From an uncultured Candidatus Saccharibacteria bacterium (lineage in GTDB: Bacteria; Patescibacteriota; Saccharimonadia; Saccharimonadales; CAZICT01), in the NCBI GenBank assembly GCA_964537935.1, contig CAZICT010000004.1:24760-88759 (forward strand): a stretch of DNA of 64,000 bases, in the 5' to 3' direction. The position numbers were made by a program, and so were the translations under genes. The notes beneath the pieces are model-generated. The model ran no database searches. It saw only the letters and a program-made list of their open reading frames with translations, and had not been told where the DNA came from. Positions 56,393 to 64,000 of the stretch are shown here, one piece after another. Positions within the stretch are counted from its first letter, which is position 1. Every line of letters starts with the position of its first letter.

Positions 56393-56416
56393 CTTAACAG
56401 AGGTACAATTGGTTTC

Positions 56417-57304
56417 GTGGAAAAAATCATTCTATATTACAAGTTTGTGCCAATAGCTGATCCGGAGATGACCAGGTTATGGCAACTAGAATTGTGTAAA
56501 AATCTTGGGCTGAAAGGAAGAATTTTAGTAAGCCAGCACGGCATTAACGGTACGCTTGGCGGATCGTTGGACAGCCTTCGTGCCTATAAAAGTGCCATGA
56601 ATAAAACTACGGTATTCAAGGGCATTACATACAAATGGAGCGACGGTGGCGCCAAAGACTTTCCTAAACTACGCGTCAAAGTCAGGCCGGAGATAGTCTC
56701 TTTCAATGCTGCAGAAGAACTGAAAGTTGATGATCAGGGTGTAGTAGGCGGCGGCAAACATTTAAAACCAAAAGAAGTCCACAAACTACTTAAAGACCGC
56801 GGTGGAGAGGTTGTTTTCTTCGATGGACGCAACAAATATGAAGCGGAAATAGGCAAGTTCAAAAATGCCATAGTGCCTGACGTGGAAACCAGTAGGGATT
56901 TTATAAAAGAAATCGAAGACCCGAAATACGAATCAATCAAGGATAAGCCGGTAGTTACTTATTGCACCGGCGGAATCCGTTGTGAAATCCTGAGTGTGCT
57001 TATGAAAAATCGCGGTTTTAAAGAGGTGTACCAGATTGACGGCGGAATTGCGAAGTATGGCGAAGAGTTCGGTGATGACGGAATGTGGGAAGGTAAGCTG
57101 CACGTTTTTGATGGCCGGATGAAAGTCCAGTTCAGTGACAAGGCCAAAGATATAGGCAGTTGTGTTCATTGTCAGGCCAGTACGAGTAACTACGTCAACT
57201 GTGCCAATAAACAATGTAATAAATTAGTGTTAGTTTGCGAATCGTGCGCTAACGACGATTTTTGCGCGGTTTGCTTGCCGCGGTTTGCGTCGGTGAAGCA
57301 GTAA
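56417..57304 (+). CDS. trhO: rhodanese-domain tRNA uridine(34) hydroxylase TrhO (YceA/UPF0176)
   Basis: GTG start. UPF0176 N-terminus ILYYKFVPIADPE...GRILVSQHGINGT, rhodanese active-site loop YCTGGIRCE, and a C-terminal Cys cluster CVHC...CANKQC...CESC. Confidence 0.8.
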   Translation: MEKIILYYKFVPIADPEMTRLWQLELCKNLGLKGRILVSQHGINGTLGGSLDSLRAYKSAMNKTTVFKGITYKWSDGGAKDFPKLRVKVRPEIVSFNAAEELKVDDQGVVGGGKHLKPKEVHKLLKDRGGEVVFFDGRNKYEAEIGKFKNAIVPDVETSRDFIKEIEDPKYESIKDKPVVTYCTGGIRCEILSVLMKNRGFKEVYQIDGGIAKYGEEFGDDGMWEGKLHVFDGRMKVQFSDKAKDIGSCVHCQASTSNYVNCANKQCNKLVLVCESCANDDFCAVCLPRFASVKQ

Positions 57305-58172
57305 ATACGGTAATTGCATTTTTGATTATCTTGACCTCAGCCGGAGCCAGCCCTATGGGCTCACCGTCAGCCTCGATTTCCCGCACGGGGTCGGTTCTAA
57401 GTACCATGCGCTCCAGTGGCATAACGAATGTGTCGCGGTGTTTTCGCTTGCTGAGGCCGAAGGTAGCAATTGTTCTGGCATATTGCCAGCGGTTTTTCGT
57501 AGTACCAAAAGCAATCACGACCAATTTGTCATTGAATACCGAAGCTCCGTGCCCAACTGGAACCAGACCGTGATACTTGCCGTTGGCAATCAAAAGATGA
57601 TGAGTATGGAAGGTGATTGTTTCGGTGCCGGTATCTATGGAACACTCAAACGCGTCATGTCGAATAAACTCCCTGATTCCACTAACGATATATGCAAGCG
57701 GACCAAGATAGCGTTTGGTCTTGTTTGTCAGATTTGCGACTACCCTTGAAGGTACGCCCGTACCGGCACTGTTTGCAAACAATTTACCGTTTATTGACCC
57801 AAGACAGACCGGAGCGGTTTTGCCGGCGCTAAGCAGGGCGAAGGACTTTTTAATATCAATAGGGAGCCCGAGACTTCGAACAAACACATTGCTGGTTCCT
57901 AGCGGCAAAAAGCCATAACGCAAATCTTTACGATCCTTGAGGGCATTCAGTACGGCCACTATAGTTCCGTCGCCGCTACCGACTATTACGCACTCAAGAT
58001 TTTTTAAAGCAGTCAGCTGATCAATATATTCGTCAAACTTATTCAAATCCTCGACGATGATAAAATCAACAATTTTAAAGGGTGAACGTGGGCTATTAAA
58101 GAATTTTCTAACCGCTCGAAGATGACTTTTCGCTTGCCGCGAATGAGCATTTATAAATACGACCGTGCGCAT
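57249..58172 (-). CDS. diacylglycerol-kinase-family lipid kinase (YegS/DagK-like)
   Basis: VIVGSGDGTIVAVLNAL (GDGT), LGFLPLGTSNVF, and a C-terminal beta-sandwich part. Its 3' end overlaps trhO by 56 nt. Confidence 0.75.
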   Translation of the reverse strand: MRTVVFINAHSRQAKSHLRAVRKFFNSPRSPFKIVDFIIVEDLNKFDEYIDQLTALKNLECVIVGSGDGTIVAVLNALKDRKDLRYGFLPLGTSNVFVRSLGLPIDIKKSFALLSAGKTAPVCLGSINGKLFANSAGTGVPSRVVANLTNKTKRYLGPLAYIVSGIREFIRHDAFECSIDTGTETITFHTHHLLIANGKYHGLVPVGHGASVFNDKLVVIAFGTTKNRWQYARTIATFGLSKRKHRDTFVMPLERMVLRTDPVREIEADGEPIGLAPAEVKIIKNAITVFTASPTQTAASKPRKNRR

Positions 58173-58201
58173 TAACTAATTTCTCCTTATAATAGTGTAC
58201 A

Positions 58202-58729
58202 ATGCGGAAACTGAATCGGGAGCAAAAAGTACCATCATTTGTACCAGACTACATGGCAACTTCATTAGCCGGAGTTGATTTTGAGATGTTAAAAGAACAC
58301 GGAGTGCGTTACATCGCGTTTGACGCTGACAGTACTCTTGTACCGTTTCGAGGCAAGGTTATAAGTTCGCAGACTAAGCGGTTGCTCCAAACAAAACGAT
58401 CGCTTTTTGATGCCTGGTGTATTGCCAGCAACCGCATTACCAATGATTTGTTGCCACTCGGCGAAAGTATTGATGCCCAGGTATTGCGAGCCACATTAAT
58501 AAAGCGCAAGCCGCAACGCCGTTATTTCGATAGAGTATTGCGGCATTTTGGAGCCAAACCTTATGAAGTAGCTATGGTTGGGGACAAATTGATTGCCGAT
58601 ATGTGGGGAGCCAAACGCGCCGGAATGGTGACTGTTTGGGTGGAGAAAATTGGTAAAGACAGTATTTGGGATCGTTTTTTTGGTGTGCGTAGGTGGGAAA
58701 AACGATTGATGAAATCCTACGAAAAGTGA
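58202..58729 (+). CDS. HAD-IIIA phosphatase, YqeG-like
   Basis: Motif I AFDADSTLV, then CIASNR, then MVGDKLIADMWGAKRAGMVTVWV. Confidence 0.65.
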   Translation: MRKLNREQKVPSFVPDYMATSLAGVDFEMLKEHGVRYIAFDADSTLVPFRGKVISSQTKRLLQTKRSLFDAWCIASNRITNDLLPLGESIDAQVLRATLIKRKPQRRYFDRVLRHFGAKPYEVAMVGDKLIADMWGAKRAGMVTVWVEKIGKDSIWDRFFGVRRWEKRLMKSYEK

Positions 58730-58730
58730 C

Positions 58731-60290
58731 ATGAACAGTGTAATCGAAGACAAGTTAAAAAAGTTGCCTAAGACTCCAGGTGTATATTTCCATAAGAATG
58801 CCAATGGAGAGATTATTTATATCGGCAAAGCCGCTAATTTAAGGAATCGCGTACGGCAGTATTTTCAGAAAAGTCGGACTCGTGACCCTAAGACCGAAGC
58901 TTTGGTTATGGAAATTGCCAATATTGACTGGGTAGAGGTCGAAACCGAACTTGATGCATTGTTTCTGGAGGCGGAGCTTATCAGGCGATATATGCCTAAG
59001 TACAATATTTTGCTTCGTGATGACAAAAGTCTTACGTATGTCCGGATTGATTACAACAGCAATCACCCTACGGTTACCCTGACTCGCCGGCCGCTTGATG
59101 ACGGGGCTCGTTACTTTGGTCCTTATTACAGCGGATTGGCGCTGCGCCGAGGGCTGAAATACTTACGTCGTATCTTTCCTTTTTCTACCCATAAAACAAA
59201 TGCCATACCGAAACGGGCGTGCCTGCAATATCACCTTGGCCTGTGTCCGGGTATTGAACAAAACAAGACCGATATCAAATCCTACCGCGCTAATCTGAAA
59301 AAACTTATGCAATATCTCAAGGGCGAGCGAGTGCAGCTGATGCGTCAGATCGAAAGAGATATGAAGACCGCCTCCAAAAAGAAAGACTATGAGACGGCCG
59401 CACAGCTAAGAAACCAGTTGTTTGCTCTGAGATCTTTGAGTAAACAGATTATTTTTAGCGACAGGGAATTTCTGGATATCAGCAAAGATCAAGGCTTGAG
59501 CGGCTTGTCCAATCTGCTGACAATTATGCCGCCCCGGCGGATTGAAGGCTATGATATCAGCCATATGCAGGGCACTGACAACGTAGCCAGTATGGTTGTG
59601 TTCATCAGCGGAGTGCCGGACAAAGCGGCTTATCGCAAATTTCGTTTACGCATCCCGGGCAATGATGACTTTGCTCATATGAACGAAGCCATCATTCGAC
59701 GATTAAGTGAAAAGAATCGAAAAGCCTGGGGAGTACCGGATTTGTTCTTGATTGACGGCGGTAAGGGTCAACTCAGCGCTGCTCTAAAAGCACGGGACGC
59801 TCATGGCTATACCGTCCCGATGATAGGACTTGCTAAGCGTGATGAAGAAATTGTCATGCACAAAGATCTTTCCGGCACTGCGCTTAATCGCCAAACGCTT
59901 CAAAGAATGGGTGGAGTTATGCAAGAAACCGGCGAATTTATGACTGTTCTTTTGCCAAAGAACTCACATATCGTTAAGCTTCTCCAGCGTATACGCGATG
60001 AATCGCATCGGTTTGCTGTCAGTTATCACTCGGTCCTCAAAACAAAGCGGCAGACAGCTAGCCTGCTCGACGATATACCAACAATCGGTCCGGCAACCAG
60101 AAAGAAGCTTCTAAAAACCTTTGGTAGTGTGCGCGGAATTATGTTGGCAAGAGACTGGGAAATCGAAAAATCAATCGGTCAAAAGAAGGCCAGCATACTC
60201 AAGCAATATTTAAGAGCCTACCGTAAATCAGACGAAGTCAGTAACGAATCGTCAAAGACGCCCGAACAAAATATCAAGCCGCTTGATTAG
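58731..60290 (+). CDS. uvrC: excinuclease ABC subunit C
   Basis: GIY-YIG (PGVYFHKNANGEIIYIGKAANLRNRVRQYF), UVR motif (YETAAQLRNQLFALRSL), an RNase-H-like endonuclease region (IEGYDISH), and HhH (IPTIGPATRKKLLKTFGS). Confidence 0.92.
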   Translation: MNSVIEDKLKKLPKTPGVYFHKNANGEIIYIGKAANLRNRVRQYFQKSRTRDPKTEALVMEIANIDWVEVETELDALFLEAELIRRYMPKYNILLRDDKSLTYVRIDYNSNHPTVTLTRRPLDDGARYFGPYYSGLALRRGLKYLRRIFPFSTHKTNAIPKRACLQYHLGLCPGIEQNKTDIKSYRANLKKLMQYLKGERVQLMRQIERDMKTASKKKDYETAAQLRNQLFALRSLSKQIIFSDREFLDISKDQGLSGLSNLLTIMPPRRIEGYDISHMQGTDNVASMVVFISGVPDKAAYRKFRLRIPGNDDFAHMNEAIIRRLSEKNRKAWGVPDLFLIDGGKGQLSAALKARDAHGYTVPMIGLAKRDEEIVMHKDLSGTALNRQTLQRMGGVMQETGEFMTVLLPKNSHIVKLLQRIRDESHRFAVSYHSVLKTKRQTASLLDDIPTIGPATRKKLLKTFGSVRGIMLARDWEIEKSIGQKKASILKQYLRAYRKSDEVSNESSKTPEQNIKPLD

Positions 60291-60308
60291 TGGTATACTA
60301 GCCGCGAC

Positions 60309-61538
60309 ATGACTTCATTTTTTGATGCCGAATTTTTTGCTGCTAACCGCCGTAAACTTACTGAAAACATTGGTACCACAGCTCCGATTGTCATAACTGC
60401 CCACGGACTTCTGCAGCGCAATGGTGACGCGGCATTTTCCTTCAGGCAAGACAGTAGTTTTTGGTATTTGACCGGTGTTGATGAGCCGGACATTACCTTG
60501 GTGATTGATGCGGATAAAGAGTATCTTATCGTGCCCGACAGGAGTGACGTGAGAGAGTTTTTTGATGGTCCGCTTGTTCGAGATGCTTTGGCTGACCGCT
60601 CGGGAATCACTGACATAATCGGAAATAAGCAAGGTTGGGAACGGCTGGGCCAGCGCTTAAAGCACGTTAAACAAGTGGCGACACTTTTGCCCAATCAGGA
60701 ATATATAGAACATGATGGACTGTATAGCAATCCGGCTCGCAAGAAGTTGGTTGAGCAAATAAAAGCCTTCGGCAGCAAATTGGAGTTTGTTGATATAAGA
60801 CCAGATATTATGAAATTACGCGCTGTCAAGCAACCGGGAGAGATAGCAGCATTGCGTCACGCTATAGATATTACAGCTGATAGTTTTGTTTTATTAGAAA
60901 AGAAGCTTCCTTCACTGCGGTTTGAATACGAAGCCGAGGCACTAATAACACACGGTTTCCGCAGCAAAGGTGCGGTACATGGTTATGGTCCGATAGTGGC
61001 GAGCGGTAAGAATGCCTGCACATTGCACTACATATCTAACAACGGAAAAATTCAGCCGAATCAACTTTTGCTTATTGACGTCGGTGCAGAAGTAGAAAAT
61101 TACTCGGCGGATATTACCAGGACACTTGTATGCGGCGAACCAACAAAACGTCAGCGGCAGGTGATTGTGGCGGTAGCGGAATCGCTAGATTACGGCATCA
61201 GTCTGCTAAAGCCAGGCATAAGCATCGCTGAATTTCATAAAAAAACCGAACAGCACATCGGCCGGCAACTAAAAAATCTAGGCCTGATTGACATTATGGA
61301 TAAGGCACACATCAGACGTTATTATCCGCATGCGATTTCACATTTTTTGGGCTTGGACGTCCATGATGTGGGCGATTATCAGGCGCCTTTAAGCCCGGGG
61401 ATGGTGATAACGGTTGAGCCCGGCATATATATTCCTGAAGAAGGCATAGGCGTTAGAATAGAAGATAACGTATTAATTACAGAAGACGGCTGTGAAGTAT
61501 TAAGCGCTAACTTGCCCAAAATGCTTGGAGTGGCCTAA
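60309..61538 (+). CDS. Xaa-Pro aminopeptidase (M24B)
   Basis: M24B metal-ligand blocks LIDVGAEVENYSADITRT, HFLGLDVHD, VEPGIY and VRIEDNV. Confidence 0.88.
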   Translation: MTSFFDAEFFAANRRKLTENIGTTAPIVITAHGLLQRNGDAAFSFRQDSSFWYLTGVDEPDITLVIDADKEYLIVPDRSDVREFFDGPLVRDALADRSGITDIIGNKQGWERLGQRLKHVKQVATLLPNQEYIEHDGLYSNPARKKLVEQIKAFGSKLEFVDIRPDIMKLRAVKQPGEIAALRHAIDITADSFVLLEKKLPSLRFEYEAEALITHGFRSKGAVHGYGPIVASGKNACTLHYISNNGKIQPNQLLLIDVGAEVENYSADITRTLVCGEPTKRQRQVIVAVAESLDYGISLLKPGISIAEFHKKTEQHIGRQLKNLGLIDIMDKAHIRRYYPHAISHFLGLDVHDVGDYQAPLSPGMVITVEPGIYIPEEGIGVRIEDNVLITEDGCEVLSANLPKMLGVA

Positions 61539-61914
61539 AATGAAACAAATGAAACGTGGTCCGATAGCTCGGTTTATTATTCGCTGGTTCGTCTGCAGTC
61601 TTGGACTTTGGATAGCAGCCGGTTTGTTCGTTGAGCGAATTAACTATGAGGGTAGGCTGGGGGTTATCGTAATTTCCGGGCTGATCCTGGCATTAGTCAA
61701 TACTTTCATTAAGCCACTGGTGGTGATACTGTCTTTGCCGGCTATTTTGTTTAGCCTGGGTCTGTTCATGATTGTGATTAACGGGTTGATGGTTATGCTG
61801 GTTTCTGAGCTTTATCCGCAACTCGAAGTGTCGAGCTTCGGTATCGCAATGCTTGCTGGCGTGGTAATAGGACTGGTAAACTACCTTGTAACGACTATTT
61901 TGGAGGAAAGATGA
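61525..61914 (+). CDS. four-TM membrane protein, holin-family-IV (YvlD)-like
   Basis: GLILALVNTFIKPLVVILSLPAILFSLGLFMIVINGLMVMLVS resembles the PF04020 pattern. Confidence 0.6.
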   Translation: MEWPKMKQMKRGPIARFIIRWFVCSLGLWIAAGLFVERINYEGRLGVIVISGLILALVNTFIKPLVVILSLPAILFSLGLFMIVINGLMVMLVSELYPQLEVSSFGIAMLAGVVIGLVNYLVTTILEER

Positions 61915-62123
61915 GTATTTACAACTACATAACAATCGTATCGATGGTGTTGATGACCATATTAATCTTAATTCAAACTCGCGGCGCGAGTCTTGGTGCC
62001 GGCTTGGGCGGTGGCGGTGAAGTTCATACCGTTCGTCGCGGTTCTGACAAGACAATCCACCAGCTTACGATTATTCTGGCATTTGTTTTTGCCGGTTCAC
62101 TTATTCTGAGTATTGCCGCTTAA
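61911..62123 (+). CDS. secG: preprotein translocase subunit SecG
   Basis: 70 aa with two TM helices flanking the glycine-rich loop QTRGASLGAGLGGGGE. Confidence 0.8.
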   Translation: MSIYNYITIVSMVLMTILILIQTRGASLGAGLGGGGEVHTVRRGSDKTIHQLTIILAFVFAGSLILSIAA

Positions 62124-62150
62124 AAAACTACTGAGGGTGGCTAATTTAAT

Positions 62151-63941
62151 ATGATCGATAGAGCAACAAAGCTACGATGGAGGCGAAAATTTCGACAACG
62201 ACGTCGGCAGGTTGAGGCAATTGGAGTTGAGGCCGAACAGGGGTTTGAGAAGTTATTCGTACGACGTTTAGCTCGATTAATTGAGGTGCGTCGTTTTGTC
62301 GGGGCTTGGATGCTTCTTATGGTATTGCTTATAACTGGCACTATCTTGCAGACTCGAGCGCTTTCTAATCATTATCTTGTCGAGCGACCGGTCCCAGGAG
62401 GTACGTTTACCGAAGGAATTTTAGGTGCTTTTACTAATGCTAACCCGCTTTATGCAACGGGACCGGTTGACGGAGCGGTTTCCAAATTGCTGTTTTCCGG
62501 CCTGATGCGTTATAACGAAAAAAATGCTTTGGTGGGCGATCTTGCCGCATCACTGGAAACTAAAGAAAACGGTGAAGTATACCAGGTTGTTTTAAAAGAC
62601 AACCTGCAATGGCACGACGGCACACCGATTACTGCCGATGACGTTTTGTTTACTTATCGGCTTATCCAGAATCCAGATGCCCGTTCGCCGCTATTTACCA
62701 GTTGGAGCGGCATTAAAATCAAAGCCAAAGACGCCAAGACAATAATCTTTACTTTGCCTAACCCGCTTGCATCATTTCCTCATTCATTAACCAATGGAAT
62801 AGTACCCAAGCACAGGCTTGAAGGCATAGAGGTGACTCAGCTTCGCTCAATCGACTTTAATAATACCAGTCCGGTTGGCAGCGGTCCTTTTAAATGGAGC
62901 GCTATAGAGGTCAGCGGCGGTACACCGGAAAATCGGGAAGAGCATATAAGTTTAACCGCTAATCAGCATTTTCATCGAGGCGCTCCAAAATTAGAGCGTT
63001 TTATCGTAAGGACTTTTCGTAGCGAGCAGCGGCTGATCAATGCTTTTGAAGCCCAGGAACTTACGGCTGTCGCAGGCCTGGAATCTCAGCCTGATACGCT
63101 TAAGCCGACCGAGTTTACTGCTTATAACATACCCCTAACAGGACAGGTTAGTGTTTTTCTTAAGACTACCGATGCGCCGCTTGACGATATAAAAGTGAGG
63201 CAGGCAATAGTCCAGGCAACTGACACCGACAGGATTATCCGCGGGCTGGGTTATCCGGTAATCGCTTCTGATAGCCCGGTGCTGGAGCGGCATTTTATTT
63301 ATGATAAATCATTAGTTCAGCTTCCTTTCAACAAGAAAGAGGCGATTAAGAAGCTAGAAGAGTCGGGCTGGAAGCTCGATGGCAAACAGATTAGAACTAA
63401 GGGCGGCAAGGCTTTGTCGTTGCGCCTGTTTGCCGAGGCGACTAGCGAGTATGCCTATGTTACTCAGGAATTGCAGCGTCAATGGAAAGAGGTGGGGATC
63501 GACCTGCAAATTTTCCAGCAACCAGCAGACGAATTACAGTCTATCGCTGTCGCACAACATTCGTACGATGTATTGCTATATGGAATTTCTCTAGGAACCG
63601 ACCCAGACGTATTTCCATACTGGCACAGTTCTCAGGCCTCTACCCGTTCCAGCGCCGGACTAAATTTCAGCGAATATCAATCAGCGGTAGCCGACGAATC
63701 TTTGGAGGCGGGCAGGACTAGGATTGATAAACAGCTCAGAGCCGTCAAATACAGACCGTTTTTGGAAGCGTGGCGCGCCGATGCACCGGCAATATCTTTG
63801 TATCAACCACGTTTTTTGTATATATCTGACCGAAATATTGCCGGTTTCAACACCAGGCGTATGAATATAGCTAGCGACAGATACTCCAATGTAGAAAAGT
63901 GGATGGTGCGCCGCGACAAAGTCCTAAAGCCACTTAAGTAA
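62151..63941 (+). CDS. ABC transporter substrate-binding protein, family 5 (peptide/nickel type), TM-anchored
   Basis: Basic N-terminus plus TM helix AWMLLMVLLITGTIL. The block VVLKDNLQWHDGTPITADDVLFTYRLI is typical of SBP_bac_5. 596 aa. Confidence 0.78.
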   Translation: MIDRATKLRWRRKFRQRRRQVEAIGVEAEQGFEKLFVRRLARLIEVRRFVGAWMLLMVLLITGTILQTRALSNHYLVERPVPGGTFTEGILGAFTNANPLYATGPVDGAVSKLLFSGLMRYNEKNALVGDLAASLETKENGEVYQVVLKDNLQWHDGTPITADDVLFTYRLIQNPDARSPLFTSWSGIKIKAKDAKTIIFTLPNPLASFPHSLTNGIVPKHRLEGIEVTQLRSIDFNNTSPVGSGPFKWSAIEVSGGTPENREEHISLTANQHFHRGAPKLERFIVRTFRSEQRLINAFEAQELTAVAGLESQPDTLKPTEFTAYNIPLTGQVSVFLKTTDAPLDDIKVRQAIVQATDTDRIIRGLGYPVIASDSPVLERHFIYDKSLVQLPFNKKEAIKKLEESGWKLDGKQIRTKGGKALSLRLFAEATSEYAYVTQELQRQWKEVGIDLQIFQQPADELQSIAVAQHSYDVLLYGISLGTDPDVFPYWHSSQASTRSSAGLNFSEYQSAVADESLEAGRTRIDKQLRAVKYRPFLEAWRADAPAISLYQPRFLYISDRNIAGFNTRRMNIASDRYSNVEKWMVRRDKVLKPLK

Positions 63942-64000
63942 CGGTTGTAAATTCATAAAAAAATCCGTAAGATACAGGAGTTATTGATACGAATTAATAT

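Overview
This is a gene-dense 64-kb chromosomal segment with about 63 protein-coding genes. I found no rRNA, tRNA, CRISPR array, transposase, integrase or phage gene. The standard genetic code applies, since recognisable genes end in TGA. The small tightly packed genes, many divergent housekeeping proteins and many signal-anchored hypothetical proteins suggest a small-genome monoderm, possibly a Patescibacteria/CPR (Saccharibacteria-like) lineage; this is inference only.

Recognisable housekeeping genes:
- Transport and translation factors: mgtE, typA, obg, rplY (Ctc type), secG.
- tRNA synthetases and modification: metG, a short alaS, mnmA, trhO.
- DNA repair and nucleases: tatD, ruvX, sbcB, uvrA, uvrC.
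- Cell wall and division: ftsA-like, mltG, a LysM/CHAP hydrolase.
- Metabolism: a GH37 trehalase, a NifS/IscS-type cysteine desulfurase, a PQQ-type sugar dehydrogenase, an M24B aminopeptidase.
- Membrane and transport: DedA, a DAG-kinase-like lipid kinase, a YqeG-type HAD phosphatase, a pair of ABC exporters, a family-5 solute-binding protein.

Two adjacent regions stand out.
1. 14.3-21.6 kb: an F-type ATPase-like operon encoding b, delta, alpha, gamma, beta and a short epsilon, with no a or c subunit gene anywhere in the window. It is preceded by a 283-aa exported protein whose C-terminal TM hairpin looks like a subunit c that lacks the ion-binding carboxylate. It is followed by a zinc-ribbon/TM/HExxH protein.
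2. 21.9-29.6 kb: a seven-gene Sec-dependent surface locus. It holds four paralogous beta-rich secreted proteins with a conserved terminal strand, a DUF916/DUF3324-like membrane-anchored protein, a PKD-domain anchor, and a divergent beta-helix/lectin-like protein. It resembles Firmicutes WxL/Csc loci only in logic, and I regard it as the best candidate for an undescribed surface-fibre or adhesion system.

Smaller observations:
- a 251-bp perfect repeat homogenising the 3' ends of the two ABC exporter genes
- an in-frame 21-bp tandem duplication
- two structured non-coding regions
- candidate leader peptides
- a 16-bp perfect palindrome
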